Both the position numbers and the translations under genes were made by a program. Shown one piece after another: positions 9,510-19,511 of a DNA stretch of 64,000 nucleotides. Origin of the DNA: Dehalococcoidia bacterium (GTDB lineage Bacteria > Chloroflexota > Dehalococcoidia > Lucifugimonadales > CBDBON01); assembly GCA_965198105.1 (NCBI GenBank), contig OZ240240.1:3187103-3251102 (forward strand), in the 5' to 3' direction. The notes beneath the pieces were generated by a model. That model saw nothing but the letters and a program-made list of their open reading frames with translations. It made no database searches and was not told where the DNA came from. Positions within the stretch are counted from its first letter, which is position 1. Each line of letters opens with the position of its first letter.

Positions 9510-10925
9510 ATGGAGCAGGCCCCCATCCACTACGCGACGGTCGCGGAGCAGGCCGCGCTGCTCCGTTCGAAGGCGGTCTCCCCCGTCGAGCTGACGAGTG
9601 CATACCTGGACCGGATCGACCGTTTCGACAGCCGACTCCGGGCCTTCATCACCGTCCTGTCCGACTCCGCCCTCCGCCAAGCGGAGGAGGCCGGGCGCGA
9701 GATAGCGTCGGGGCAGTACAGGGGGCCACTCCACGGAATCCCCATCGCCCTCAAGGACATCATTCACGTCGGCGGCGTCCCCACCACCGCCGGATCGCGC
9801 GTGATGGCAGGCTTCGTGCCCAGCGAGGACTCGATCATCGTCCGGCGCCTGCGCGGCTCGGGCGCCGTCGTCCTGGGCAAGGCGAACCTGAGCGAGTTCG
9901 CGATGGGCGGGACGGTCGACCACCCGTACGGCACGCCCCGCAATCCCTGGAACACCGCCATGACGCCCGGAGCGTCCAGCAGCGGCTCGGGAGTGGCGGT
10001 TGTCGCGGGCCTCTGCTCCGCCGCGCTGGGATCGGACACCGGCGGCTCGATCAGGGGCCCCGCCTTCTTCTGCGGCATCGTCGGCCTCCGTCCGACGTAC
10101 GGCCGAGTCACCCGTCAAGGCGTCGTGCCGATGTGCTGGTCGATGGACACCGTGGGGCCGATGGCCCGGAGCGTCGAGGACTGCGCCATCCTGCTGTCGG
10201 CCATCGCCGGCCCGGATCCAGCCGATCCGTCGACCGTCCGGTCTCCCGTGCCGGACTATCGCGGGTCTATTGAAGACGGCGTCCGTGGACTCAGGATCGG
10301 CGTCCCGCACGAGATGATCGACTTCGACGGGATGGACGGCGAAGTGCGCGACGCGGTCGCCGTCGCGGCCTCCCGTCTCCGTGAGATGGGAGGCTCGGTA
10401 GAAGATGCGTCGCTCCCGTCGGCCTCCAACAGCGGCGGGGCCTTCGTGGCAATCGCCGACACGGAGGCGGCCGCCTTCCACGCCCGCTGGCTCAGGGACC
10501 GGAGGGACGACTACGACTCCGGCAGCCGCGCTCGGCTGGAGGCGGCCTCGATGCTGCCCGCTGTCGACTACATCAAGGCGCAGCGGGCAAGGAGCGTGGT
10601 CAAGAGGGAGTTGGAGGAGCTTCTGGATCGCTTCGACGCGCTCCTGGCGCCGGCGAGCAACGCGCCCGCCCAGCCCGTCGAGTCGGCCACGGGAGCGCCC
10701 GGAGGAAGCTATCGCGGGTCGGCGGACATGGCGCGCCGCCGTCTGACCAGCCCCGCCTCCCTGGCCGGCCTTCCAGCCCTCTCCGTGCCCTGCGGCTTCA
10801 CCCGGTCCGGCCTCCCCGTAGGGCTCCAGCTCATCGGCAGACCCTTCGGCGAGGCGACCCTGTTCAGGATCGGCCGCGCCTACGAGCGCGCGACCGACTG
10901 GCGCCGCATGCGCCCGGAGCTTTAG
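9510..10925 (+). CDS. Amidase (GatA-like amidase-signature family)
   Basis: Amidase signature GASSSGSGVAVVAGLCSAALGSDTGGSIRGPA. Confidence 0.9.
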   Translation: MEQAPIHYATVAEQAALLRSKAVSPVELTSAYLDRIDRFDSRLRAFITVLSDSALRQAEEAGREIASGQYRGPLHGIPIALKDIIHVGGVPTTAGSRVMAGFVPSEDSIIVRRLRGSGAVVLGKANLSEFAMGGTVDHPYGTPRNPWNTAMTPGASSSGSGVAVVAGLCSAALGSDTGGSIRGPAFFCGIVGLRPTYGRVTRQGVVPMCWSMDTVGPMARSVEDCAILLSAIAGPDPADPSTVRSPVPDYRGSIEDGVRGLRIGVPHEMIDFDGMDGEVRDAVAVAASRLREMGGSVEDASLPSASNSGGAFVAIADTEAAAFHARWLRDRRDDYDSGSRARLEAASMLPAVDYIKAQRARSVVKRELEELLDRFDALLAPASNAPAQPVESATGAPGGSYRGSADMARRRLTSPASLAGLPALSVPCGFTRSGLPVGLQLIGRPFGEATLFRIGRAYERATDWRRMRPEL

Positions 10926-10947
10926 ACTGCCGACACCGGAATCGGGC

Positions 10948-11715
10948 ATGACATCGGGACCTCTCCCAAGCCAGAGCCACGGGACATTCGACGTCTTCGG
11001 ACAGCAGATATACGACCATCACCGCGGTCTCCTCGCAGACGACTTCCGCGAGGTCGGCGAGCGCGATGACGGCGTCCTCCAAGTCTACGATCATCCGAGA
11101 TGGTACTTCGCTCCATTTGATGAGTGGTACCCGCATCTTCAGAAGGCGGTGGAGTATGTTCAAGGGCGGACCCTCGACATCGGATGCGGCGCCGGACGCG
11201 TAACACTCCATCTGCAACAGATTGGGGTAGATGTCACAGGAATCGACCACTCGCCCCTGGCCGTTCGGACATGCCGGGAAAGAGGCGTCAACGACGCCAG
11301 GCTCCTTTCGATTACCCAGGTCAGCGCAAATAGGCTGGGCGTGTTCGACACAATCGTGATGACAGGCAACAACTTCGGGCTGTTCGGGAGCCCGGAGCGC
11401 GCCCGCCGACTCCTGCGACGCCTTCACCGGATGACGACCGATCAGGGACGGATCGTAGCTGAGACCACCGATCCCTACGCTACCGAGGACCCTGTTCACC
11501 TCGACTACCAGGAACGGAATCGAGCACGAGGAAAGACGGGAGGACAGTACCGTCACCGTGAGCGCTATCGGAATCTCAAGGGCCCCTGGTTCGACTGGCT
11601 GTTCGCATCGAGGGATGAGATGCGGGAGATCGTCGATGGGACCGGATGGGTAGTTGGCAAGTTCATTGAACCTGAGGGAGACCAGTACGTCGGGATCATC
11701 GAAAAGGAGGGCTAG
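10948..11715 (+). CDS. Class I SAM-dependent methyltransferase
   Basis: Motif I LDIGCGAGRVTLHL followed by a Rossmann-like fold pattern. Confidence 0.8.
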   Translation: MTSGPLPSQSHGTFDVFGQQIYDHHRGLLADDFREVGERDDGVLQVYDHPRWYFAPFDEWYPHLQKAVEYVQGRTLDIGCGAGRVTLHLQQIGVDVTGIDHSPLAVRTCRERGVNDARLLSITQVSANRLGVFDTIVMTGNNFGLFGSPERARRLLRRLHRMTTDQGRIVAETTDPYATEDPVHLDYQERNRARGKTGGQYRHRERYRNLKGPWFDWLFASRDEMREIVDGTGWVVGKFIEPEGDQYVGIIEKEG

Positions 11716-11787
11716 AGGTGGAAACTGAGGGGTGAGACTGCGAATCCGCCCAACTGCCTTGCACGACGAGCTTCGGAGTCGGGAGAC

Positions 11788-13044
11788 TCACACCCGGTGC
11801 GAACGCAGTTCGGCGCGCCAGGCGGCAGGCTTGCGCCGTCCGTACCTGACGCGCGAGGCGCCGAGGAAGCGCGCCAGGTCGTCCACGGCGCGGGCGAGCG
11901 GCTCGGCGATCGAGGCGTCGGCTCTAACGCCCTCCTCGGCGTAGACGGCGTTTACGATCAGGACCCCGGCCTTCCGGTCCATCTTCGGGTCGATGCGTCC
12001 GACCAGCCTGTCGCCGTGTAGGATCGGCATCACGTAGTAGCCGTACTTCCGGCGGCTCTTCGGCACGTATATCTCGATCGTGAAGTCGAACCCCCACATG
12101 GCGAGCGTCCTGGCGCGGTCGCAGATCAGGTTGTCGAAAGGGGAGAGCAGCACCGTGCGGGGCGACCACTCGGAGTCGAGCGACTCGATCAGCGGGATGT
12201 CGTCCCGGTGAACGTACCACTCGCCGCGCCAGGGACCGTCTTCCCCCACGACTCGCGCGGAGACGATCAGCCCCTCACTCAGAAGGTCCTTCAGCGCCCG
12301 GCCGACTCCTTCGTAGTGCCCGCGCACGAAGTGGTTGCGTATGTGGGTCTGCGTGCCCACACCCAGCGCCTTCAGCGATATCTGCGCCGCACGCCGGACA
12401 GCCTCGGCTCGCGGCAGCGGCTCGCTGTCCGTCCACTCGGGCAGCCATCGCTCAGTCAGCCTCCAGTACCTCCGGAGCCCTTCGCGTGCGGCGACCGTCA
12501 CCTCGCCGCTGGTCCATAGGTAATACAGCATCCAGCCGACGTCGTCTCCCGTGCGCCAGCCGGTGACCGGTCGTCTGGGGCCCGCGGCCGGAGTGAGCTT
12601 AGCAAGCTGGTCGGAGGTCATCGGCGGGTTGTCGCGGAGGCCTGCAATCACCTGCTCCCGCAGCTCCGCATGCTCCTTCAGCCACTCGCGGACCCGGACG
12701 TCCCGCTTGGTTTCACCGGCGTACGCCTCCCTCATCTGGGAGCTGTGTATCGGGAAGTTCTCCGCCGCGACGATGGAGGCCGCGTGCGCCCAGTACTCGA
12801 ACAGCAGTCTGTCCTTCCACAGGGCCGTGTGAAGATGTCCGGGGTCATACCGGCCCAGTCTGCTCCAGAGCACCAGATACTGAGTGCGCTCCACGGCCCT
12901 GATCGGGTCGATCTGAAGGCAGCCCAGGTCTCGAACGAGGTCGACGATGCCCTCGGGCGTGGCGTCGGGACGCGGCTCCGCGAGCCTCTGCTTCGTCACG
13001 GCCAGCCGGCGGGCCTGGGTGGGAGTAAGCTCGATTGTGCTCAT
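11788..13044 (-). CDS. Winged-helix DNA-binding protein of the YcaQ/DUF1006 (interstrand-crosslink glycosylase) type
   Basis: C-terminal KYGYYVMPILHGDRLVGRIDPKMDRKAGVL is typical of this family. I prefer the start at ATG 13044 (MSTIELTP) over 13116. Confidence 0.75.
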   Translation of the reverse strand: MSTIELTPTQARRLAVTKQRLAEPRPDATPEGIVDLVRDLGCLQIDPIRAVERTQYLVLWSRLGRYDPGHLHTALWKDRLLFEYWAHAASIVAAENFPIHSSQMREAYAGETKRDVRVREWLKEHAELREQVIAGLRDNPPMTSDQLAKLTPAAGPRRPVTGWRTGDDVGWMLYYLWTSGEVTVAAREGLRRYWRLTERWLPEWTDSEPLPRAEAVRRAAQISLKALGVGTQTHIRNHFVRGHYEGVGRALKDLLSEGLIVSARVVGEDGPWRGEWYVHRDDIPLIESLDSEWSPRTVLLSPFDNLICDRARTLAMWGFDFTIEIYVPKSRRKYGYYVMPILHGDRLVGRIDPKMDRKAGVLIVNAVYAEEGVRADASIAEPLARAVDDLARFLGASRVRYGRRKPAAWRAELRSHRV

Positions 13045-13135
13045 CGCTGCGCGGGAATGGTACTGTTCGCCTCCCCCGCGCTTCAAGGGATGACGGCTTG
13101 CGGGCTCCGTACCCACCCCGTATCATCACTGCGGG

Positions 13136-13298
13136 GACCCCCATCTCAATCTTCCCCCGCGGACGGGGGAAGAGGTAAGAGAGGATATCCCCCCGCCTTC
13201 CCCCGCGGACGGGGGAAGAGGTAAGAGAGGATATCCCCCCGCGGACGGGGTGCTCCTGACCTTCCACCGGCTCGGCGGGGGAAGGTCAGGATGGGGGC
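13136..13298. repeat. MITE-like element: family A unit, partial A unit, inverted B unit
   Basis: gacccccatctcaatcttcccccgcggacgggggaagaggtaagag ... cggctcggcgggggaaggtcaggatggggg. The ends are imperfect inverted repeats and each carries a 9-10 bp hairpin. Confidence 0.85.
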
Positions 13299-13328
13299 AC
13301 TCCCTGCGGGCGAACAGGAGAAGGACGA

Positions 13329-13403
13329 CGGGGTGTGGCGCAGCGGTAGCGCGCCTGCTTTGGGAGCAGGAGGTCGCCGGTTCGATCCCGGCCGCCCCGA
13401 CCA
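13329..13403 (+). tRNA. tRNA-Pro (anticodon TGG), CCA encoded
   Basis: Manual cloverleaf: acceptor cggggtg/cgccccg, anticodon arm cctgc-ttTGGga-gcagg, T arm gccgg-ttcgatc-ccggc. Confidence 0.9.
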
Positions 13404-13445
13404 CCGGAACACGCGGAGACCGCCCGCGCCCTGGAGGAGAGCAGG

Positions 13446-15821
13446 ATGCCAATCGACGACAGAGCGATGCTTCGACGCCTGGGAGCCGGGGACTCTATCG
13501 ACGCAGTCTGCGAAGAGGCGGGGCTGACGCGCGGGGAGTTCGATGCCTGGTGGAGACGGCAGCTCGAATCGCGGCTCCCGGAGATGCACGGGGCCAGAAG
13601 GCTGGACGGCGTCGGCAGGGTCGAGATTCTCAGGGACGAGCTCGGCACTCCCCACGTCTACGCCGACAACGACGCCGACCTCTTCTTCGGCTACGGCTTC
13701 GCGACCGGGCAGGACCGCCTCTGGCAGCTCGACTACCTGCGACGGAAGGCGACCGGCCGCCTCTCGGAGGTGCTCGGCCCGAGCGGGGTCGAGCTGGACA
13801 TGATAGCGCGCACCGTGGGGGTCCCCGGGATCGCGGCGGCCGAGGCCAACCGTCTCCCCGACCTCACGCTGCGGCGCCTCGAGGCGTTCGCAGCCGGGAT
13901 CAACGGTGCGATGGAGGAGGCCCGGGGACGGCTTCCGGTCGAGTTCGCCCTTCTCGACTACGAGCCTGAGCCCTGGTCCCACGTCGACTCGCTGGCGCTC
14001 TGGGCCGAGCTGAGATGGTACCTGACGGGCCGCCTGCCGGTCATCGTCATCCCGGAGCTGGCCAAGCGCCATCTGGGAGAGGGGAGCCTATACCGGGCGT
14101 TCCTGCTGGGCGAGGCGGACGAAGAGAGCATCGTGCCTCCCGGTCACTACGAGATGAGGCGCACCGGGACGGTCAGGGTTGGCGAGACGGTCAGCAGCCC
14201 GGACGAGGGCATGGGAAGCAACAACTGGGTAGTCGGCGCGAGCCTGTCCGAGTCGGGCGGGCCGCTGGTCGCCAGCGACCCGCACATAGCCTTCGGCAGC
14301 GTCTCTTGCTGGTATCAGGTCCACCTGTCCGGGGCCGGCTTCAACTGCACCGGATCGGGATACGTCGGCGTGCCCGGCGTCATCTTCGGGCGAAACGACC
14401 GCGTGGCGTGGGGCGTCACGAACAACATATGCGCCCAGCGGGACCTCTACCAGGAGAGGGAGCACCCGGACAGGCCCGGGTTTTTTCTGTATGACGGCAA
14501 GTGGGAGCGCTCCGAGGAGGTCGTCGAGTCGATAGAGGTCAGGGGCGCTGCTCCCGTAACCATGCGGGTGCGGAAGACTCGCAACGGTCCCATCGTGGAC
14601 GGGATCATACCGGAGGCGGCTAGGGAGACGGGGCCCGTCTCCTTCCGGTGGATGGGCCACGAGGCCTGCGATGAGATTACCGGCCTCCTTCAGGCCAACG
14701 CCGCGGACAGCGCCGCCGAGTTCAGGGAGGCGCTGCGCGACTGGGTCGTGCCTACGTGGAGCTTCGGCTTCGCCGACGTCGACGGACACATCGGGTATCA
14801 GTGCATCGGGAGGATTCCCGTCAAGGAGAGCTGGGACCGAGGCTACCGCCCCGGATGGGACCCCGAGCACCAGTGGCGCGGTTCGGTTCCCTTCGACGCG
14901 CTCCCGCACATGGAGGATCCGGAGCAGGACTGGATAAGGTCGGCCAACAACCGCACCGCGCCCGAAGATTTTCCGTACCCTCTGGCAGGGGTCTGGAGCA
15001 GCGGGCACAGGGCGCTCCGCATCCGGCAGATGATCGAGGAGCGCTCCAGGATCGACCGGGAGTATCTGGCCGCGATGCAGAGCGACTCGCTGTCGCTGCG
15101 AGCGGTCGAGGGCCTGCCCGGACTGCTGGGGACGCTCGACGGGGCGGGCGACGAGCGCATTGGAGAGGCGGCGGCCCACCTGCGGGCCTGGGACGGCAGG
15201 ATGGAGACCGACCGGGTGGGGGCCGCGATATTCGAGAGCTTCTTCTACCAGTGGGAGATGGAGGTGGCCTCCGAGCGGTTCGAGGGTGAGACGGCACGGC
15301 TGCTCGGCCCGGCGTGCGGCGGGCTCGCGCTCAGCCTGCTCGATGGGGACGCCCACGACTGGTTCGCGGACGACGGACGGGAGCGGGCGGTGCTGAGAGC
15401 GATGAGTCGGACCCTCGAGGACATGGAGACGCGGCTCGGCCCCGACATGACCGGCTGGACGTGGGGCGCCGTCCACAAGATCCAGTTGAGCCACCACCTT
15501 TCCGACCGCGGCGACATCTTCCGCGCGCTCGACCGCGGAGGCGACCCGGTGCGGGGCAACGGCGTGACCGTCTGCAACACCGGCTTCGACCCGAACTATC
15601 TGGCGGCGATGGGCGCTAACTACCGCATCAACGCCGACCTGGGAGAGGAGCCGCCCGGACTGTGGGCCGTCGACGCGGCCGGCCAGTCGGGCAATCCCGG
15701 CAGCCCGAACTACTGCGACCAGCTGCCGACTTGGCTCGAAGGCCGCCACCACTACATCCCGATCGACAGGGAGCGGGTGGAGAGGAGCGCGAAGACGAGG
15801 CTGAAGCTGACGGGAGCGTGA
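13446..15821 (+). CDS. Penicillin acylase-family Ntn hydrolase (possible acyl-homoserine-lactone/penicillin amidase)
   Basis: 791 aa. The autoprocessing/nucleophile site GSNNWVV is followed by SDPH. Confidence 0.9.
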   Translation: MPIDDRAMLRRLGAGDSIDAVCEEAGLTRGEFDAWWRRQLESRLPEMHGARRLDGVGRVEILRDELGTPHVYADNDADLFFGYGFATGQDRLWQLDYLRRKATGRLSEVLGPSGVELDMIARTVGVPGIAAAEANRLPDLTLRRLEAFAAGINGAMEEARGRLPVEFALLDYEPEPWSHVDSLALWAELRWYLTGRLPVIVIPELAKRHLGEGSLYRAFLLGEADEESIVPPGHYEMRRTGTVRVGETVSSPDEGMGSNNWVVGASLSESGGPLVASDPHIAFGSVSCWYQVHLSGAGFNCTGSGYVGVPGVIFGRNDRVAWGVTNNICAQRDLYQEREHPDRPGFFLYDGKWERSEEVVESIEVRGAAPVTMRVRKTRNGPIVDGIIPEAARETGPVSFRWMGHEACDEITGLLQANAADSAAEFREALRDWVVPTWSFGFADVDGHIGYQCIGRIPVKESWDRGYRPGWDPEHQWRGSVPFDALPHMEDPEQDWIRSANNRTAPEDFPYPLAGVWSSGHRALRIRQMIEERSRIDREYLAAMQSDSLSLRAVEGLPGLLGTLDGAGDERIGEAAAHLRAWDGRMETDRVGAAIFESFFYQWEMEVASERFEGETARLLGPACGGLALSLLDGDAHDWFADDGRERAVLRAMSRTLEDMETRLGPDMTGWTWGAVHKIQLSHHLSDRGDIFRALDRGGDPVRGNGVTVCNTGFDPNYLAAMGANYRINADLGEEPPGLWAVDAAGQSGNPGSPNYCDQLPTWLEGRHHYIPIDRERVERSAKTRLKLTGA

Positions 15822-15832
15822 CGGTTTTCCTT

Positions 15833-15895
15833 CCGTCATTCCGGCCTCCGAGCCGGAATCCAGGGAGTGGATTCCCGCTTTCGCGGGAAGGACGG
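15833..15895. repeat. REP family D (two hairpins)
   Basis: ccgtcattccggcctccgagccggaatccaggg plus attcccgctttcgcgggaag. Related to 8676..8708. Confidence 0.7.
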
Positions 15896-15916
15896 GTCTC
15901 CTGAGGAGCAGGGAAA

Positions 15917-16132
15917 ATGTGCAGGAGCATCAGGCGTCTCCGGGTCGGGGACCAGACGGCGGGCGACGAGGAGGTCCGCGCAGCCGCGCTCCAGTTCGTC
16001 AGGAAGATCAGCGGCTACCGGACCCCCTCCAGGGCGAACGCGGAGAGCTTCGATGCCGCCGTGGATGAGATATCGTCGGCGTCGAAGAGGCTCCTCGCCG
16101 CCCTCAGACCCGGGGCCCGGGCTCGTGGATGA
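15917..16132 (+). CDS. Small DUF2277-like protein
   Basis: MCRSIRRLR...DEEVRAAALQFVRKISGY matches my recollection of the DUF2277 N-terminus. The 3' end overlaps the convergent RNB gene by 29 nt. Confidence 0.6.
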   Translation: MCRSIRRLRVGDQTAGDEEVRAAALQFVRKISGYRTPSRANAESFDAAVDEISSASKRLLAALRPGARARG

Positions 16133-18131
16133 GCTGGGCGACGCGCCTCCACAGGTCGACGTCCTTCAGGCACGTCGCGACCGTATCCCCGTCCGGGACG
16201 TCCAACGGCAGGCGTGACCGGAACCGGAAGGGATAGTCCGACAGCTCCATGAGAGCGGGCCTCCCCGGCCCGTTCTCCAGGACGACCGCCGGCAAGAGCG
16301 GCCCCTCTCCGTCCGAGGCGTCGAGCTGCTGCTGGAGATACTTGAGGAACCAGTAGCGGCGGCGCTCGTTTTCGATGCCAGACAGCTCTCTGAGCTGGAA
16401 GTCGGCCCGATGACAGACCGAGGCGACCTCGTCGGCGGAGTAGCAGGCCTCGCCCGTCCGCAGGTGGTGGCTGATCTGCCGCTGCATGACGAGGTCGGGG
16501 TATCGCCTCAGGGGCGAGGTGGCCTGGATGTACTCCTCTACTCCCAGCCCGCCATGCGAGTCCGGTGTGAGGGAGAGGACCGCCGGCTGCAGGCGACGGA
16601 ACAGGTGGAACCTCTTGAACGGGCCGTCCGGGATGTCGGGGAGACCGGTCAGGTCAGGCGCGGGCTGGGACCTGTACGCGGCTGGAAGCCGGTTCTCACG
16701 GGAGTACCGGGCCAGCAGGGAGTTGCACAGTATCATCAGCTCCGTCACCATCGAACGGGCCGGGGTGGACCTGGCAGCCACTCTCACCTCCACCTCGCCC
16801 GACTCGGCGATGGTGATCCGCATCTCCGGCGAGTCGACGGTCACGGCGTTTCTTTTTTCTCTCTTTCGCCTGAGTCCGGCGGCGATGCCGTGCATGATCG
16901 AGAGAGCGCCGCTCCATGGGCCGTTTCCGTCCCGGATCGCCGCGTCGGCTTCGTCATAGGTCAGGGCCTCGCGGCACCTGATCGCCGAAGGGATTATCTT
17001 CCAGGCCGCCACCTCGCTTCCGGCTGTTACTTCGACGATCAGACTGAGCGCGCCCCGGCGCTCTCCGGCCAGGAGGCTTCCCGTGCCGCCGGACACCTCC
17101 GCCGGCAGCATCGGCAGTCTGCGGTCGGGAGTGTACAGGGCGGCCATGCGCCGGTCCGCCTCCCCGTCCATCGCCCCCCCGGAGGTCACCAGCGCGCCGG
17201 CGTCTGCGATGTGGATGCCGAGCCTGTACACCCCGTCTCCGGCGGGCTCCACCGAGAGGGCGTCGTCCCGGTCTTCGGCGCCGGCGTCGTCGATCGTCAG
17301 CGCCGCCAGGGCGGTCAGGTCCTCCCGAGGCGACCGGGCCAGGGCGGCGTCGAGGTCTATAGAGGCCGCTTCTGCGATCACCTCCGCGGGGAACTCCTCC
17401 GCAATACCTGCCCGTTCGAACTCGAGGGGCTCGTCCGGGTCCAGTAGACCGACCGCCGTCAGGAGATCGAACGCGGTCCGTTGAAGGTCGCCGCGCCTTC
17501 CGATCCGGGCCAGCATCTCCCTCGTCGGCGCCGCCCGCGTGTAGCTGTCTCCGTGGACGGCGTACCCCTTCAGGTGCTCGAGGAGGCCCCTCTGGTAGGG
17601 GGACATCGCATCGGGCAGGAGGCCGCGGGAGAGCGCGTCGATCAACGCTTCCGTCTGCCGAGCGTTCTCCGCCTTCCGCCGCCTCCGCTCCAACATCTCT
17701 GCGACCTGCTCCGGCGGCCTGGGCGAGAAATCTTCCGCCTCGCGGGAGAAGTGGAGCGGGTCCCTCTCCAGGTGGAGCAGAAGGGCGACCCGCTGAGACG
17801 GGGAGGGGGGGCCGTTCCAGTAGAGCTCGGCGATGTCGTCGAGCCCCATGGGAGCGACGGCCTCCGCGGCGACCTCCCACACCTCGGACAGGTCGATCCG
17901 GGACGCCAACGCCTCGCACTCCCGGACGAACGAGTCGGCCTCCGCCTCATCGGACGCGACGAGGCCCGTGGCGATCACGATCCTCTCCCGCGGAAGGGTC
18001 CGGTCTCTGCCCCGGCCTACACCGATCTTCACGCGCGGATCGGGACCCCGGCCGGGCGGCGTCAGGCAGCGCCCTACCGCCAGCCCGCCCTTGAAGCGGA
18101 CGACGATCATCTCTCCGGTCTGGATGGTCAA
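16104..18131 (-). CDS. RNB-domain exoribonuclease (RNase II/R family)
   Basis: 675 aa with RNB-domain motifs (DDAGAEDRDDALSVE, SPLRRYPDLVMQRQ). Confidence 0.9.
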   Translation of the reverse strand: MTIQTGEMIVVRFKGGLAVGRCLTPPGRGPDPRVKIGVGRGRDRTLPRERIVIATGLVASDEAEADSFVRECEALASRIDLSEVWEVAAEAVAPMGLDDIAELYWNGPPSPSQRVALLLHLERDPLHFSREAEDFSPRPPEQVAEMLERRRRKAENARQTEALIDALSRGLLPDAMSPYQRGLLEHLKGYAVHGDSYTRAAPTREMLARIGRRGDLQRTAFDLLTAVGLLDPDEPLEFERAGIAEEFPAEVIAEAASIDLDAALARSPREDLTALAALTIDDAGAEDRDDALSVEPAGDGVYRLGIHIADAGALVTSGGAMDGEADRRMAALYTPDRRLPMLPAEVSGGTGSLLAGERRGALSLIVEVTAGSEVAAWKIIPSAIRCREALTYDEADAAIRDGNGPWSGALSIMHGIAAGLRRKREKRNAVTVDSPEMRITIAESGEVEVRVAARSTPARSMVTELMILCNSLLARYSRENRLPAAYRSQPAPDLTGLPDIPDGPFKRFHLFRRLQPAVLSLTPDSHGGLGVEEYIQATSPLRRYPDLVMQRQISHHLRTGEACYSADEVASVCHRADFQLRELSGIENERRRYWFLKYLQQQLDASDGEGPLLPAVVLENGPGRPALMELSDYPFRFRSRLPLDVPDGDTVATCLKDVDLWRRVAQLIHEPGPRV

Positions 18132-18245
18132 AGCTCCTGTGAGGCTCCGTCTTCACAGGCGACGGAGTTCAGTCGAGTGTAAAGTCAGGGCCCGTCCAAG
18201 GACAAGCCGGTTGTGCGCCGACGATCACGCTGCTACTCTGCTGGC

Positions 18246-19394
18246 ATGACGGAAGGCTTGGACATGAGCCCTGCGGACGAGCGGGCGGTGGAGTTGCTGC
18301 GCGAGCTGGGACGGCGGCCCGCTGCGCCCTTCTTCGAACAGGGTGCGGCGGAGTATATCTTCGGGGCGCTGTCGCGCCTGGGCCTGAACCCGGCGCGCGA
18401 CGCCTGGGGCAACGTGGTGGCCCGCTACCGCAACCTGCCCTCCGGCGCCGAACAGCCGCCCATCGCCTTCGCGGCGCACATGGACCATCCCGGCTTCGAG
18501 ATCGTGGACACGGGGAGTGATCCCGCCCTCGCAAAGGCGCTCGGCGGCATCCCCGCGGCCTCTCTGGCGCAGGCGACGCCGGTGCTGATACTGGCCTCCG
18601 ACGGGAGCCGGGTCCCGGCCGAGACGGTCCCCATGGACGGCGGGGTGTCGAGGAGGGAGACGGGCGTCCGTCTGCCGGGCGGGATGTCGATGGAGCCGCC
18701 CGTCCCGGTGGTGTTCGACCTGCCCGACTTCGTGCTGGACGGCGACACGCTGAGGATGCGGGCGCTGGACGATCTGGCCGGCTGCGCCGCGATCCTGGCG
18801 GCGACCGAGCGGCTGGTCCAGGAGGGGGCCGAGACAGACGTCTTCGCCGTCTTCACGAGGGCCGAAGAGGCCGGCCTCTTCGGGGCGCGGCTAATGGCGG
18901 AGGCGCAGACGCTGCCGATGGAGACGCTCGTCGTCTCTATCGAGTCGAGTCCGGTCATCCCCGGCGTGGCGCAGGGCGACGGGCCGGTGATACGCACCGG
19001 AGACGCGGCCTTCACCTTCGATGCAGACGCCGAGCAGGTCCTCGCGGCCGCCCGTGAGAGTATCAGGAGCCGGGAACCCGGGTACAGGTGCCAGCGGCAG
19101 CTTATGAGCGGAGGGGTGTGCGAGGCGACGGCGTTCGCCGTCTTCGGCTACCAAGCCACCGGCATCGCCTTCCCGCTAGGCAACTACCACAACGGCACGA
19201 AGGGACTCCGCGACCCGGAGGGAGGAGTGGACGCGGAGTACATCCGCCTGTCCGACTTCCTCGGCGGAGTTGAGCTGGTCCATGAGGCCGCCAAGAGCGT
19301 GGGACTGCGCGGCGAGTCGCCGACACGCCGCCGGATGAGGGAGGTGCCGGAGGAGGTGCGGGCGCGTCTGGTGGGTTCACGCGGGCGGAACTGA
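18246..19394 (+). CDS. M42/M20-like metallopeptidase
   Basis: IAFAAHMDHPGFEIV and ALDDLAGCAA resemble M42 aminopeptidase metal-site motifs. The start is uncertain (18213, 18246 or 18264). Confidence 0.6.
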   Translation: MTEGLDMSPADERAVELLRELGRRPAAPFFEQGAAEYIFGALSRLGLNPARDAWGNVVARYRNLPSGAEQPPIAFAAHMDHPGFEIVDTGSDPALAKALGGIPAASLAQATPVLILASDGSRVPAETVPMDGGVSRRETGVRLPGGMSMEPPVPVVFDLPDFVLDGDTLRMRALDDLAGCAAILAATERLVQEGAETDVFAVFTRAEEAGLFGARLMAEAQTLPMETLVVSIESSPVIPGVAQGDGPVIRTGDAAFTFDADAEQVLAAARESIRSREPGYRCQRQLMSGGVCEATAFAVFGYQATGIAFPLGNYHNGTKGLRDPEGGVDAEYIRLSDFLGGVELVHEAAKSVGLRGESPTRRRMREVPEEVRARLVGSRGRN

Positions 19395-19406
19395 AGAGCC
19401 TGTTAC

Positions 19407-19446
19407 GTCACCCTCACCCTAGCCCTCTCCTTTGAAGGGAGAGAGG
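19407..19446. repeat. REP family E hairpin (caccctcaccctagccctctcc-n6-gggagagg)
   Basis: A second copy lies at 20167..20207. Confidence 0.75.
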
Positions 19447-19511
19447 ACCTGCTGTCTTTCCATCAGAGAGAGGGATTCCCTGTCCGGTGGATCTATCGGC
19501 GCGACGGACGG

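Noticed and set aside
9492-10949. Long antisense ORFs in the core regions. Examples: 9492..10949, 14088..15839, 20335..21714, 26216..27679, 31864..33504, 6872..8020, 40936..42009, 4471..5817.
   Set aside because: These are typical high-G+C shadow ORFs. Their products are Arg/Pro/Gly-rich with no motifs, and the opposite strand or another frame encodes proteins with clear family signatures.
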